Source: Eledone cirrhosa
Taxonomy: Eukaryota
Assembly (NCBI GenBank): GCA_964016885.1
Contig: OZ024742.1
Span: 342,426,001 to 342,490,000, forward strand
Reading direction: 5' to 3'
DNA: 64,000 nt
This document shows, piece by piece, positions 1 through 13,700 of the stretch. Numbering within the stretch: the first letter of the stretch is position 1; every line of letters begins with the position of its first letter. Under the pieces are notes generated by a model. The model was not told the origin of the DNA. It ran no database searches and saw only the letters and a list, made by a program, of their open reading frames with translations. Position numbers and translations under genes: made by a program.

Positions 1-8
1 TGATATCC

Positions 9-200
9 TGTTGTATTAAGTATGTGATCTCCAGTGGTATGAAGTATGTGATATCCTGTGGTATGAAGTATGTGATCTCCAGTGATATGGTATGTGATCT
101 ACAGTGGTATGAAGTATGTGATCTCCAGTGGTATGAAGTATGTGATCTACAGCGGTATGAAGTATGTGATATGCAGTGGTATGAAGTATGTCAGCTCTAG
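9..200 (+). repeat. Landmark cassette of variant monomers (first of 18 copies): TGTTGTATTAAG ... 22-bp monomer (AA deleted) ... AGCGGT ... ATATGCAGT ... AGCTCTAGT
   Basis: TGTTGTATTAAG starts at 9, 2407, 4469, 4971, 7630, 10721, 13119, 15133, 17555, 20242, 23864, 28301, 32115, 43057, 45551, 54524, 55362 and 57736. Each is followed about 80 bp later by the 2-bp-deleted monomer that shifts the ORF translation to VCDLQWYE. Confidence 0.93.
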
Positions 201-639
201 TGGTATGAACTATGTGATCTACAGTGGTATGAAGTATGTCAGCTCCAGTGGTATGAAGTATGTGATATCCTGTGGTATGAAGTATGTGATCTACAGTGGT
301 ACGAAGTATGTCAGCTCCAGTGGTATGAAGTATGTGATCTCCAGTGGTATGAAGTATGTGATCTCCTGTGTTATGAAATATGTGATCTACAGTGGTATGA
401 AGTATGTGATCTACAGTGGTATGAAGTATGTGATATCCAGTGGTATGAAGTATGTGATCTCCAGTGGTATGAAGTATGTAATCTCCAGTGGTATGAAGTA
501 TGTGATATCCTGTGGTATGAAGTATGTGATCTCCTGTGGTATGAGGCATGTGATCTACAGTGGTATGAAGTATGTGATCTCCAGTGGTATGAAGTATGTT
601 ATCTCCAGTGGCATGAAGTATGTGATCTAAAGTGGTATG

Positions 640-3600
640 AAGTATGTGATCTCCAGTGGTATGAAGTATGTGATCTACAGTGGTATGAAGTATGTGATCT
701 CCAGTGGTATGAAGTATGTGATCTCCAGTGGTATGAAGTATGTGATATCCTGTGGTATGAAGTATGTGATCTCCTGTGGTATGAGGTATGTGATCTACAG
801 TGGTATGAAGTATTTGATCTCCAGTGGTATGAAGTATGTGATCTCCAGTGGTATGATGTATGTGATCTACAGTGGTATGAAGTATGTGATCTCCAGTGGT
901 ATGAAGTATGTGATCTCCAGTGGTATGAAGTATGTGATCTCCAGTGGTATGAAGTATGTGATCTTCAGTGGTATGAAGTATGTGATCTACAGTGGTATGA
1001 AGTATGTGATCTACAGTGGTATGAAGTGTGTGATCTACAGTGGTATGAAGAATGTGATCTACAGTGGTATGAAGTATGTGATCTACAGTGGTATGAAGTA
1101 TGTGATCTACAGTGGTATGAATTATGTGATCTCCAGTGGTATGAAATATGTCAGCTCCAGTGGTATGAAGTATGTGATCTACAGTGGTATGAAGTATGTG
1201 ATCTACAGTGGTATGAAGTATGTGATCTCCAGTGGTATGAAGTATGTGATCTCCAGTGGTATGAAGTATATGATCTACAGTGGTATGAAGTATGTGATCT
1301 CCAGTGGTATGAAGTATGTGATCTACAGTGGTATGAAGTATGTGATCTACAGTGGTATGAAGTATGTCAGCTCCAGTGGTATGATGTATGTGATCTCCAG
1401 TGGTATGAAGTATGTGATCAACAGTGGTATGAAGTATGTGATCTCCTGTGGTATGAAGTATGTGATCTCCTGTGGTATGAAGTATGTGATCTCCAGTGGT
1501 ATGAAGTATGTGATCTACAGTGGTATGAAGTATGTGATGTCCAGTGGTATGAAGTATGTGATCTACAGTGGTATGAAGTATGTCAGCTCCAGTGGTATGA
1601 AGTATGTGATCTCCAGTGGTATGAAGTATGTGATCTCCAGTGGTATGAAGTATGTGATCTCCTGTGGTATGAAGTATGTGATCTCCAGTGGTATGAAATA
1701 TGTGATCTCCAGTGGTATGAAGTATGTGATATCCTGTGGTATGAAGTATGTGATCTACAGTGGTATGAAGTATGTGATCTCCAGTGGTATGAAGTATGTG
1801 ATCTCCAGTGGTATGAAGTATGTGATCTACAGTGGTATGAAGTATGTGATCTACAGTGGTATGAAGTATGTGATATCCTGTGGTATGAAGTATGTGATCT
1901 CCAGTGGTATGAAGTATGTCAGCTCCACTGGTATGAAGTATGTGATCTACAGTGGTATGAAGTATGTGATATCCTGTGGTATGAAGTATGTGATGTCCAG
2001 TGGTATGAAGTATGTGATCTCCAGTGGTATGAAGTATGTCAGCTCCAGTGGTATGAAGTATGTCAGCTCCAGTGGTATGAAGTATGTGATATCCTGTGGT
2101 ATGAAGTATGTGATCTCCAGTGGTATGAAGTATGTGATCTACAGTGGTATGAAGTATGTGATCTACAGTGGTATGAAGTATGTCAGCTCCAGTGGTATGA
2201 AGTATGTGATCTCCAGTGGTATGAAGTATGTGATCTACAGTGGTATGAAGTATGTGATCTACAGTGGTATGAAGTATGTGATATCCTGTGGTATGAAGTA
2301 TGTGATCTACAGTGGTATGAAGTATGTGATCTACAGTGGTATGAAGTATGTCATATCCTGTGGTATGAAGTATGTGATCTACAGTGGTATGAAGTATGTG
2401 ATATCCTGTTGTATTAAGTATGTGATCTCCAGTGGTATGAAGTATGTGATATCCTGTGGTATGAAGTATGTGATCTCCAGTGATATGGTATGTGATCTAC
2501 AGTGGTATGAAGTATGTGATCTCCAGTGGTATGAAGTATGTGATCTACAGCGGTATGAAGTATGTGATATGCAGTGGTATGAAGTATGTCAGCTCTAGTG
2601 GTATGAACTATGTGATCTACAGTGGTATGAAGTATGTCAGCTCCAGTGGTATGAAGTATGTGATATCCTGTGGTATGAAGTATGTGATCTCCAGTGGTAT
2701 GAAGTATGTGATCTACAGTGGTATGAAGTATGTGATCTACAGTGGTATGAAGTATGTGATCTCCAGTGGTATGAAGTATGTGATCTCCAGTGGTATGAAG
2801 TATGTGATATCCTGTGGTATGAAGTATGTGATCTCCTGTGGTATGAGGTATGTGATCTACAGTGGTATGAAGTATTTGATCTCCAGTGGTATGAAGTATG
2901 TGATCTCCAGTGGTATGATGTATGTGATCTACAGTGGTATGAAGTATGTGATCTCCAGTGGTATGAAGTATGTGATCTCCAGTGGTATGAAGTATGTGAT
3001 CTCCAGTGGTATGAAGTATGTGATCTTCAGTGGTATGAAGTATGTGATCTACAGTGGTATGAAGTATGTGATCTACAGTGGTATGAAGTGTGTGATCTAC
3101 AGTGGTATGAAGAATGTGATCTACAGTGGTATGAAGTATGTGATCTACAGTGGTATGAAGTATGTGATCTACAGTGGTATGAATTATGTGATCTCCAGTG
3201 GTATGAAATATGTCAGCTCCAGTGGTATGAAGTATGTGATCTACAGTGGTATGAAGTATGTGATCTACAGTGGTATGAAGTATGTGATCTCCAGTGGTAT
3301 GAAGTATGTGATCTCCAGTGGTATGAAGTATGTGATCTACAGTGGTATGAAGTATGTGATCTCCAGTGGTATGAAGTATGTGATCTACAGTGGTATGAAG
3401 TATGTGATCTACAGTGGTATGAAGTATGTCAGCTCCAGTGGTATGATGTATGTGATCTCCAGTGGTATGAAGTATGTGATCAACAGTGGTATGAAGTATG
3501 TGATCTCCTGTGGTATGAAGTATGTGATCTCCTGTGGTATGAAGTATGTGATCTCCAGTGGTATGAAGTATGTGATCTACAGTGGTATGAAGTATGTGAT

Positions 3601-4750
3601 GTCCAGTGGTATGAAGTATGTGATCTACAGTGGTATGAAGTATGTCAGCTCCAGTGGTATGAAGTATGTGATCTCCAGTGGTATGAAGTATGTGATCTCC
3701 AGTGGTATGAAGTATGTGATCTCCTGTGGTATGAAGTATGTGATCTCCAGTGGTATGAAATATGTGATCTCCAGTGGTATGAAGTATGTGATATCCTGTG
3801 GTATGAAGTATGTGATCTACAGTGGTATGAAGTATGTGATCTCCAGTGGTATGAAGTATGTGATCTCCAGTGGTATGAAGTATGTGATCTACAGTGGTAT
3901 GAAGTATGTGATCTACAGTGGTATGAAGTATGTGATATCTTGTGGTATGAAGTATGTGATCTCCAGTGGTATGAAGTATGTCAGCTCCACTGGTATGAAG
4001 TATGTGATCTACAGTGGTATGAAGTATGTGATATCCTGTGGTATGAAGTATGTGATGTCCAGTGGTATGAAGTATGTGATCTCCAGTGGTATGAAGTATG
4101 TCAGCTCCAGTGGTATGAAGTATGTCAGCTCCAGTGGTATGAAGTATGTGATATCCTGTGGTATGAAGTATGTGATCTCCAGTGGTATGAAGTATGTGAT
4201 CTACAGTGGTATGAAGTATGTGATCTACAGTGGTATGAAGTATGTCAGCTCCAGTGGTATGAAGTATGTGATCTCCAGTGGTATGAAGTATGTGATCTAC
4301 AGTGGTATGAAGTATGTGATCTACAGTGGTATGAAGTATGTGATATCCTGTGGTATGAAGTATGTGATCTACAGTGGTATGAAGTATGTGATCTACAGTG
4401 GTATGAAGTATGTCATATCCTGTGGTATGAAGTATGTGATCTACAGTGGTATGAAGTATGTGATATCCTGTTGTATTAAGTATGTGATCTCCAGTGGTAT
4501 GAAGTATGTGATATCCTGTGGTATGAAGTATGTGATCTCCAGTGATATGGTATGTGATCTACAGTGGTATGAAGTATGTGATCTCCAGTGGTATGAAGTA
4601 TGTGATCTACAGCGGTATGAAGTATGTGATATGCAGTGGTATGAAGTATGTCAGCTCTAGTGGTATGAACTATGTGATCTACAGTGGTATGAAGTATGTC
4701 AGCTCCAGTGGTATGAAGTATGTGATATCCTGTGGTATGAAGTATGTGAT
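640..4750. repeat. Tandem higher-order duplication, period 2062 bp (86 monomers minus 2 bp)
   Basis: ORFs 1026..2417 and 3088..4479 are offset by 2062 and differ at one residue. Landmarks at 2407 and 4469. Confidence 0.9.
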
Positions 4751-7700
4751 CTACAGTGGTATGAAGTATGTGATCTACAGTGGTATGAAGTATGTGATCT
4801 ACAGTGGTATGATGTATGTCAGCTCCAGTGGTATGAAGTATGTGATCTCCAGTGGTATGAAGTATGTGATCTACAGTGGTATGAAGTATGTGATCTACAG
4901 TGGTATGAAGTATGTCATATCCTGTGGTATGAAGTATGTGATCTACAGTGGTATGAAGTATGTGATATCCTGTTGTATTAAGTATGTGATCTCCAGTGGT
5001 ATGAAGTATGTGATATCCTGTGGTATGAAGTATGTGATCTCCAGTTGTATGGTATGTGATCTACAGTGGTATGAAGTATGTGATCTCCAGTGGTATGAAG
5101 TATGTGATCTACAGCGGTATGAAGTATGTGATATGCAGTGGTATGAAGTATGTCAGCTCTAGTGGTATGAACTATGTGATCTACAGTGGTATGAAGTATG
5201 TCAGCTCCAGTGGTATGAAGTATGTGATATCCTGTGGTATGAAGTATGTGATCTACAGTGGTATGAAGTATGTCAGCTCCAGTGGTATGAAGTATGTGAT
5301 CTCCAGTGGTATGAAGTATGTGATCTCCTGTGTTATGAAATATGTGATCTACAGTGGTATGAAGTATGTGATCTACAGTGGTATGAAGTATGTGATATCC
5401 AGTGGTATGAAGTATGTGATCTCCAGTGGTATGAAGTATGTAATCTCCAGTGGTATGAAGTATGTGATATCCTGTGGTATGAAGTATGTGATCTCCTGTG
5501 GTATGAGGTATGTGATCTACAGTGGTATGAAGTATGTGATCTCCAGTGGTATGAAGTATGTGATCTCCAGTGGTATGAAGTATGTGATCTAAAGTGGTAT
5601 GAAGTATGTGATCTCCAGTGGTATGAAGTATGTAATCTACAGTGGTATGAAGTATGTGATCTACAGTGGTATGAAGTATGTGATCTCCAGTGGTATGAAG
5701 TATGTGATCTCCAGTGGTATGAAGTATGTGATATCCTGTGGTATGAAGTATGTGATCTCCTGTGGTATGAGGTATGTGATCTACAGTGGTATGAAGTATT
5801 TGATCTCCAGTGGTATGAAGTATGTGATCTCCAGTGGTATGAAGTATGTGATCTACAGTGATATGAAGTATGTGATCTCCAGTGGTATGAAGTATGTGAT
5901 CTCCAGTGGTATGAAGTATGTGATCTCCAGTGGTATGAAGTATGTGATCTTCAGTGGTATGAAGTATGTGATCTACAGTGGTATGAAGTATGTGATCTAC
6001 AGTGGTATGAAGTGTGTGATCTACAGTGGTATGAAGAATGTGATCTACAGTGGTATGAAGTATGTGATCTACAGTGGTATGAAGTATGTGATCTACAGTG
6101 GTATGAATTATGTGATCTCCAGTGGTATGAAATATGTCAGCTCCAGTGGTATGAAGTATGTGATCTACAGTGGTATGAAGTATGTGATCTACAGTGGTAT
6201 GAAGTATTTGATCTCCAGTGGTATGAAGTATGTGATCTCCAGTGGTATGAAGTATGTGATCTACAGTGGTATGAAGTATGTGATCTCCAGTGGTATGAAG
6301 TATGTGATCTACAGTGGTATGAAGTATGTGATCTACAGTGGTATGAAGTATGTCAGCTCCAGTGGTATGATGTATGTGATCTCCAGTGGTATGATGTATG
6401 TGATCAACTGTGGTATGAAGTATGTGATCTCCTGTGGTATGAAGTATGTGATCTCCTGTGGTATGAAGTATGTGATCTCCAGTGGTATGAAGTATGTGAT
6501 CTACAGTGGTATGAAGTATGTGATGTCCAGTGGTATGAAGTATGTGATCTACAGTGGTATGAAGTATGTCAGCTCCAGTGGTATGAAGTATGTGATCTCC
6601 AGTGGTATGAAGTATGTGATCTCCAGTGGTATGAAGTATGTGATCTGTGGTATGAAGTATGTGATCTCCAGTGGTATGAAATATGTGATGTCCAGTGGTG
6701 TGAAGTATGTGATATCCTGTGGTATGAATTATGTGATCTACAGTGGTATGAAGTATGTGATCTCCAGTGGTATGAAGTATGTGATCTCCAGTGGTATGAA
6801 GTATGTGATCTACAGTGGTATGAAGTATGTGATCTACAGTGGTATGAAGTATGTGATATCCTGTGGTATGAAGTATGTGATCTCCAGTGGTATGAAGTAT
6901 GTCAGCTCCACTGGTATGAAGTATGTGATCTACAGTGGTATGAAGTATGTGATATCCTATGGTATGAAGTATGTGATGTCCAGTGGTATGAAGTATGTGA
7001 TCTCCAGTGGTATGAAGTATGTCAGGTCCAGTGGTATGAAGTATGTCAGCTCCAGTGGTATGAAGTATGTCAGCTCCTGTGGTATGAAGTATGTGATCTC
7101 CAGTGGTATGAAGTATGTCAGCTCCAGTGGTATGAAGTATGTTAGCTCCAGTGGTATGAAGTATGTGATATCCTGTGGTATGAAGTATGTGATCTCCAGT
7201 GGTATGAAGTATGTGATCTACAGTGGTATGAAGTATGTGATCTCCAGTGGTATGAAGTATGTGATCTACAGCGGTATGAAGTATGTGATATGCAGTGGTA
7301 TGAAGTATGTCAGCTCTAGTGGTATGAACTATGTGATCTACAGTGGTATGAAGTATGTCAGCTCCAGTGGTATGAAGTATGTGATATCCTGTGGTATGAA
7401 GTATGTGATCTACAGTGGTATGAAGTATGTGATCTACAGTGGTATGAAGTATGTGATCTACAGTGGTATGATGTATGTCAGCTCCAGTGGTATGAAGTAT
7501 GTGATCTCCAGTGGTATGAAGTATGTGATCTACAGTGGTATGAAGTATGTGATCTACAGTGGTATGAAGTATGTCATATCCTGTGGTATGAAGTATGTGA
7601 TCTACAGTGGTATGAAGTATGTGATATCCTGTTGTATTAAGTATGTGATCTCCAGTGGTATGAAGTATGTGATATCCTGTGGTATGAAGTATGTGATCTC

Positions 7701-9890
7701 CAGTTGTATGGTATGTGATCTACAGTGGTATGAAGTATGTGATCTCCAGTGGTATGAAGTATGTGATCTACAGCGGTATGAAGTATGTGATATGCAGTGG
7801 TATGAAGTATGTCAGCTCTAGTGGTATGAACTATGTGATCTACAGTGGTATGAAGTATGTCAGCTCCAGTGGTATGAAGTATGTGATATCCTGTGGTATG
7901 AAGTATGTGATCTACAGTGGTATGAAGTATGTCAGCTCCAGTGGTATGAAGTATGTGATCTCCAGTGGTATGAAGTATGTGATCTCCTGTGTTATGAAAT
8001 ATGTGATCTACAGTGGTATGAAGTATGTGATCTACAGTGGTATGAAGTATGTGATATCCAGTGGTATGAAGTATGTGATCTCCAGTGGTATGAAGTATGT
8101 AATCTCCAGTGGTATGAAGTATGTGATATCCTGTGGTATGAAGTATGTGATCTCCTGTGGTATGAGGTATGTGATCTACAGTGGTATGAAGTATGTGATC
8201 TCCAGTGGTATGAAGTATGTGATCTCCAGTGGTATGAAGTATGTGATCTAAAGTGGTATGAAGTATGTGATCTCCAGTGGTATGAAGTATGTAATCTACA
8301 GTGGTATGAAGTATGTGATCTACAGTGGTATGAAGTATGTGATCTCCAGTGGTATGAAGTATGTGATCTCCAGTGGTATGAAGTATGTGATATCCTGTGG
8401 TATGAAGTATGTGATCTCCTGTGGTATGAGGTATGTGATCTACAGTGGTATGAAGTATTTGATCTCCAGTGGTATGAAGTATGTGATCTCCAGTGGTATG
8501 AAGTATGTGATCTACAGTGATATGAAGTATGTGATCTCCAGTGGTATGAAGTATGTGATCTCCAGTGGTATGAAGTATGTGATCTCCAGTGGTATGAAGT
8601 ATGTGATCTTCAGTGGTATGAAGTATGTGATCTACAGTGGTATGAAGTATGTGATCTACAGTGGTATGAAGTGTGTGATCTACAGTGGTATGAAGAATGT
8701 GATCTACAGTGGTATGAAGTATGTGATCTACAGTGGTATGAAGTATGTGATCTACAGTGGTATGAATTATGTGATCTCCAGTGGTATGAAATATGTCAGC
8801 TCCAGTGGTATGAAGTATGTGATCTACAGTGGTATGAAGTATGTGATCTACAGTGGTATGAAGTATTTGATCTCCAGTGGTATGAAGTATGTGATCTCCA
8901 GTGGTATGAAGTATGTGATCTACAGTGGTATGAAGTATGTGATCTCCAGTGGTATGAAGTATGTGATCTACAGTGGTATGAAGTATGTGATCTACAGTGG
9001 TATGAAGTATGTCAGCTCCAGTGGTATGATGTATGTGATCTCCAGTGGTATGATGTATGTGATCAACTGTGGTATGAAGTATGTGATCTCCTGTGGTATG
9101 AAGTATGTGATCTCCTGTGGTATGAAGTATGTGATCTCCAGTGGTATGAAGTATGTGATCTACAGTGGTATGAAGTATGTGATGTCCAGTGGTATGAAGT
9201 ATGTGATCTACAGTGGTATGAAGTATGTCAGCTCCAGTGGTATGAAGTATGTGATCTCCAGTGGTATGAAGTATGTGATCTCCAGTGGTATGAAGTATGT
9301 GATCTGTGGTATGAAGTATGTGATCTCCAGTGGTATGAAATATGTGATGTCCAGTGGTGTGAAGTATGTGATATCCTGTGGTATGAATTATGTGATCTAC
9401 AGTGGTATGAAGTATGTGATCTCCAGTGGTATGAAGTATGTGATCTCCAGTGGTATGAAGTATGTGATCTACAGTGGTATGAAGTATGTGATCTACAGTG
9501 GTATGAAGTATGTGATATCCTGTGGTATGAAGTATGTGATCTCCAGTGGTATGAAGTATGTCAGCTCCACTGGTATGAAGTATGTGATCTACAGTGGTAT
9601 GAAGTATGTGATATCCTATGGTATGAAGTATGTGATGTCCAGTGGTATGAAGTATGTGATCTCCAGTGGTATGAAGTATGTCAGGTCCAGTGGTATGAAG
9701 TATGTCAGCTCCAGTGGTATGAAGTATGTCAGCTCCTGTGGTATGAAGTATGTGATCTCCAGTGGTATGAAGTATGTCAGCTCCAGTGGTATGAAGTATG
9801 TTAGCTCCAGTGGTATGAAGTATGTGATATCCTGTGGTATGAAGTATGTGATCTCCAGTGGTATGAAGTATGTGATCTACAGTGGTATGA
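4570..9890. repeat. Tandem higher-order duplication, period 2659 bp (111 monomers minus 5 bp)
   Basis: ORF pairs 5056/7715, 5599/8258 and 6012/8671 are all offset by 2659. Shared private variants: 21-bp monomer GATCTGTGG (6642, 9301), TCCTATGG, GTCAGGTCC, AGTTGTATGGTATG. Confidence 0.92.
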
Positions 9891-10712
9891 AGTATGTGAT
9901 CTACAGTGGTATGAAGTATGTCAGCTCCAGTGGTATGAAGTATGTGATCTCCAGTGGTATGAAGTATGTGATCTACAGTGGTATGAAGTATGTGATCTAC
10001 AGTGGTATGAAGTATGTGATCTACAGTGGTATGATGTATGTCAGCTCCAGTGGTATGAAGTATGTCAGCTCCTGTGGTATGAAGTATGTGATCTCCAGTG
10101 GTATGAAGTATGTCAGCTCCAGTGGTATGAAGTATGTTAGCTCCAGTGGTATGAAGTATGTGATATCCTGTGGTATGAAGTATGTGATCTCCAGTGGTAT
10201 GAAGTATGTGATCTACAGTGGTATGAACTATGTGATCTACAGTGGTATGAAGTATGTCAGCTCCAGTGGTATGAAGTATGTGATCTCCAGTGGTATGAAG
10301 TATGTGATCTACAGTGGTATGAAGTATGTGATCTACAGTGGTATGAAGTATGTGATCTACAGTGGTATGATGTATGTCAGCTCCAGTGGTATGAAGTATG
10401 TGATCTCCAGTGGTATGAAGTATGTGATCTACAGTGGTATGAAGTATGTGATCTACAGTGGTATGAAGTATGTGATCTACAGTGGTATGAAGTATGTCAG
10501 CTCCAGTGGTAGGAAGTCTGTGATCTCCAGTGGTATGAAGTATGTGATCTACAGTGGTATGAAGTATGTGATGTCCAGTGGTATGAAGTATGTGATCTCC
10601 AGTGGTATCAAGTATGTGATCTACAGTGGTATGAAGTATGTGATCTACAGTGGTATGAAGTATGTCATATCCTGTGGTATGAAGTATGTGATCTCCAGTG
10701 GTATGAAGTATG

Positions 10713-13700
10713 TGATATCCTGTTGTATTAAGTATGTGATCTCCAGTGGTATGAAGTATGTGATATCCTGTGGTATGAAGTATGTGATCTCCAGTGATAT
10801 GGTATGTGATCTACAGTGGTATGAAGTATGTGATCTCCAGTGGTATGAAGTATGTGATCTACAGCGGTATGAAGTATGTGATATGCAGTGGTATGAAGTA
10901 TGTCAGCTCTAGTGGTATGAACTATGTGATCTACAGTGGTATGAAGTATGTCAGCTCCAGTGGTATGAAGTATGTGATATCCTGTGGTATGAAGTATGTG
11001 ATCTACAGTGGTACGAAGTATGTCAGCTCCAGTGGTATGAAGTATGTGATCTCCAGTGGTATGAAGTATGTGATCTCCTGTGTTATGAAATATGTGATCT
11101 ACAGTGGTATGAAGTATGTGATCTACAGTGGTATGAAGTATGTGATATCCAGTGGTATGAAGTATGTGATCTCCAGTGGTATGAAGTATGTAATCTCCAG
11201 TGGTATGAAGTATGTGATATCCTGTGGTATGAAGTATGTGATCTCCTGTGGTATGAGGCATGTGATCTACAGTGGTATGAAGTATGTGATCTCCAGTGGT
11301 ATGAAGTATGTTATCTCCAGTGGCATGAAGTATGTGATCTAAAGTGGTATGAAGTATGTGATCTCCAGTGGTATGAAGTATGTGATCTACAGTGGTATGA
11401 AGTATGTGATCTCCAGTGGTATGAAGTATGTGATCTCCAGTGGTATGAAGTATGTGATATCCTGTGGTATGAAGTATGTGATCTCCTGTGGTATGAGGTA
11501 TGTGATCTACAGTGGTATGATGTATTTGATCTCCAGTGGTATGAAGTATGTGATCTCCAGTGGTATGATGTATGTGATCTACAGTGGTATGAAGTATGTG
11601 ATCTCCAGTGGTATGAAGTATGTGATCTCCAGTGGTATGAAGTATGTGATCTCCAGTGGTATGAAGTATGTGATCTTCAGTGGTATGAAGTATGTGATCT
11701 ACAGTGGTATGAAGTATGTGATCTACAGTGGTATGAAGTGTGTGATCTACAGTGGTATGAAGAATGTGATCTACAGTGGTATGAAGTATGTGATCTACAG
11801 TGGTATGAAGTATGTGATCTACAGTGGTATGAATTATGTGATCTCCAGTGGTATGAAATATGTCAGCTCCAGTGGTATGAAGTATGTGATCTACAGTGGT
11901 ATGAAGTATGTGATCTACAGTGGTATGAAGTATGTGATCTCCAGTGGTATGAAGTATGTGATCTCCAGTGGTATGAAGTATATGATCTACAGTGGTATGA
12001 AGTATGTGATCTCCAGTGGTATGAAGTATGTGATTTACAGTGGTATGAAGTATGTGATCTACAGTGGTATGAAGTATGTCAGCTCCAGTGGTATGATGTA
12101 TGTGATCTCCAGTGGTATGAATTATGTGATCAACAGTGGTATGAAGTATGTGATCTCCTGTGGTATGAAGTATGTGATCTCCTGTGGTATGAAGTATGTG
12201 ATCTCCAGTGGTATGAAGTATGTGATCTACAGTGGTATGAAGTATGTGATGTCCAGTGGTATGAAGTATGTGATCTACAGTGGTATGAAGTATGTCAGCT
12301 CCAGTGGTATGAAGTATGTGATCTCCAGTGGTATGAAGTATGTGATCTCCAGTGGTATGAAGTATGTGATCTCCTGTGGTATGAAGTATGTGATCTCCAG
12401 TGGTATGAAATGTGTGATCTCCAGTGGTATGAAGTATGTGATATCCTGTGGTATGAAGTATGTGATCTACAGTGGTATGAAGTATGTGATCTCCAGTGGT
12501 ATGAAGTATGTGATCTCCAGTGGTATGAAGTATGTGATCTACAGTGGTATGAAGTATGTGATCTACAGTGGTATGAAGTATGTGATATCCTGTGGTATGA
12601 AGTATGTGATCTCCAGTGGTATGAAGTATGTCAGCTCCACTGGTATGAAGTATGTGATCTACAGTGGTATGAAGTATGTGATATCCTGTGGTATGAAGTA
12701 TGTGATGTCCAGTGGTATGAAGTATGTGATCTCCAGTGGTATGAAGTATGTCAGCTCCAGTGGTATGAAGTATGTCAGCTCCAGTGGTATGAAGTATGTG
12801 ATATCCTGTGGTATGAAGTATGTGATCTCCAGTGGTATGAAGTATGTGATCTACAGTGGTATGAAGTATGTGATCTACAGTGGTATGAAGTATGTCAGCT
12901 CCAGTGGTATGAAGTATGTGATCTCCAGTGGTATGAAGTATGTGATCTACAGTGGTATGAAGTATGTGATCTACAGTGGTATGAAGTATGTGATATCCTG
13001 TGGTATGAAGTATGTGATCTACAGTGGTATGAAGTATGTGATCTACAGTGGTATGAAGTATGTCATATCCTGTGGTATGAAGTATGTGATCTACAGTGGT
13101 ATGAAGTATGTGATATCCTGTTGTATTAAGTATGTGATCTCCAGTGGTATGAAGTATGTGATATCCTGTGGTATGAAGTATGTGATCTCCAGTGATATGG
13201 TATGTGATCTACAGTGGTATGAAGTATGTGATCTCCAGTGGTATGAAGTATGTGATCTACAGCGGTATGAAGTATGTGATATGCAGTGGTATGAAGTATG
13301 TCAGCTCTAGTGGTATGAACTATGTGATCTACAGTGGTATGAAGTATGTCAGCTCCAGTGGTATGAAGTATGTGATATCCTGTGGTATGAAGTATGTGAT
13401 CTCCAGTGGTATGAAGTATGTGATCTACAGTGGTATGAAGTATGTGATCTACATTGGTATGAAGTATGTGATATCCTGTGGTATGAAGTATGTGATCTCC
13501 TGTGGTATGAGGTATGTGATCTACAGTGGTATGAAGTATTTGATCTCCAGTGGTATGAAGTATGTGATCTCCAGTGGTATGATGTATGTGATCTACAGTG
13601 GTATGAAGTATGTGATCTCCAGTGGTATGAAGTATGTGATCTCCAGTGGTATGAAGTATGTGATCTCCAGTGGTATGAAGTATGTGATCTTCAGTGGTAT

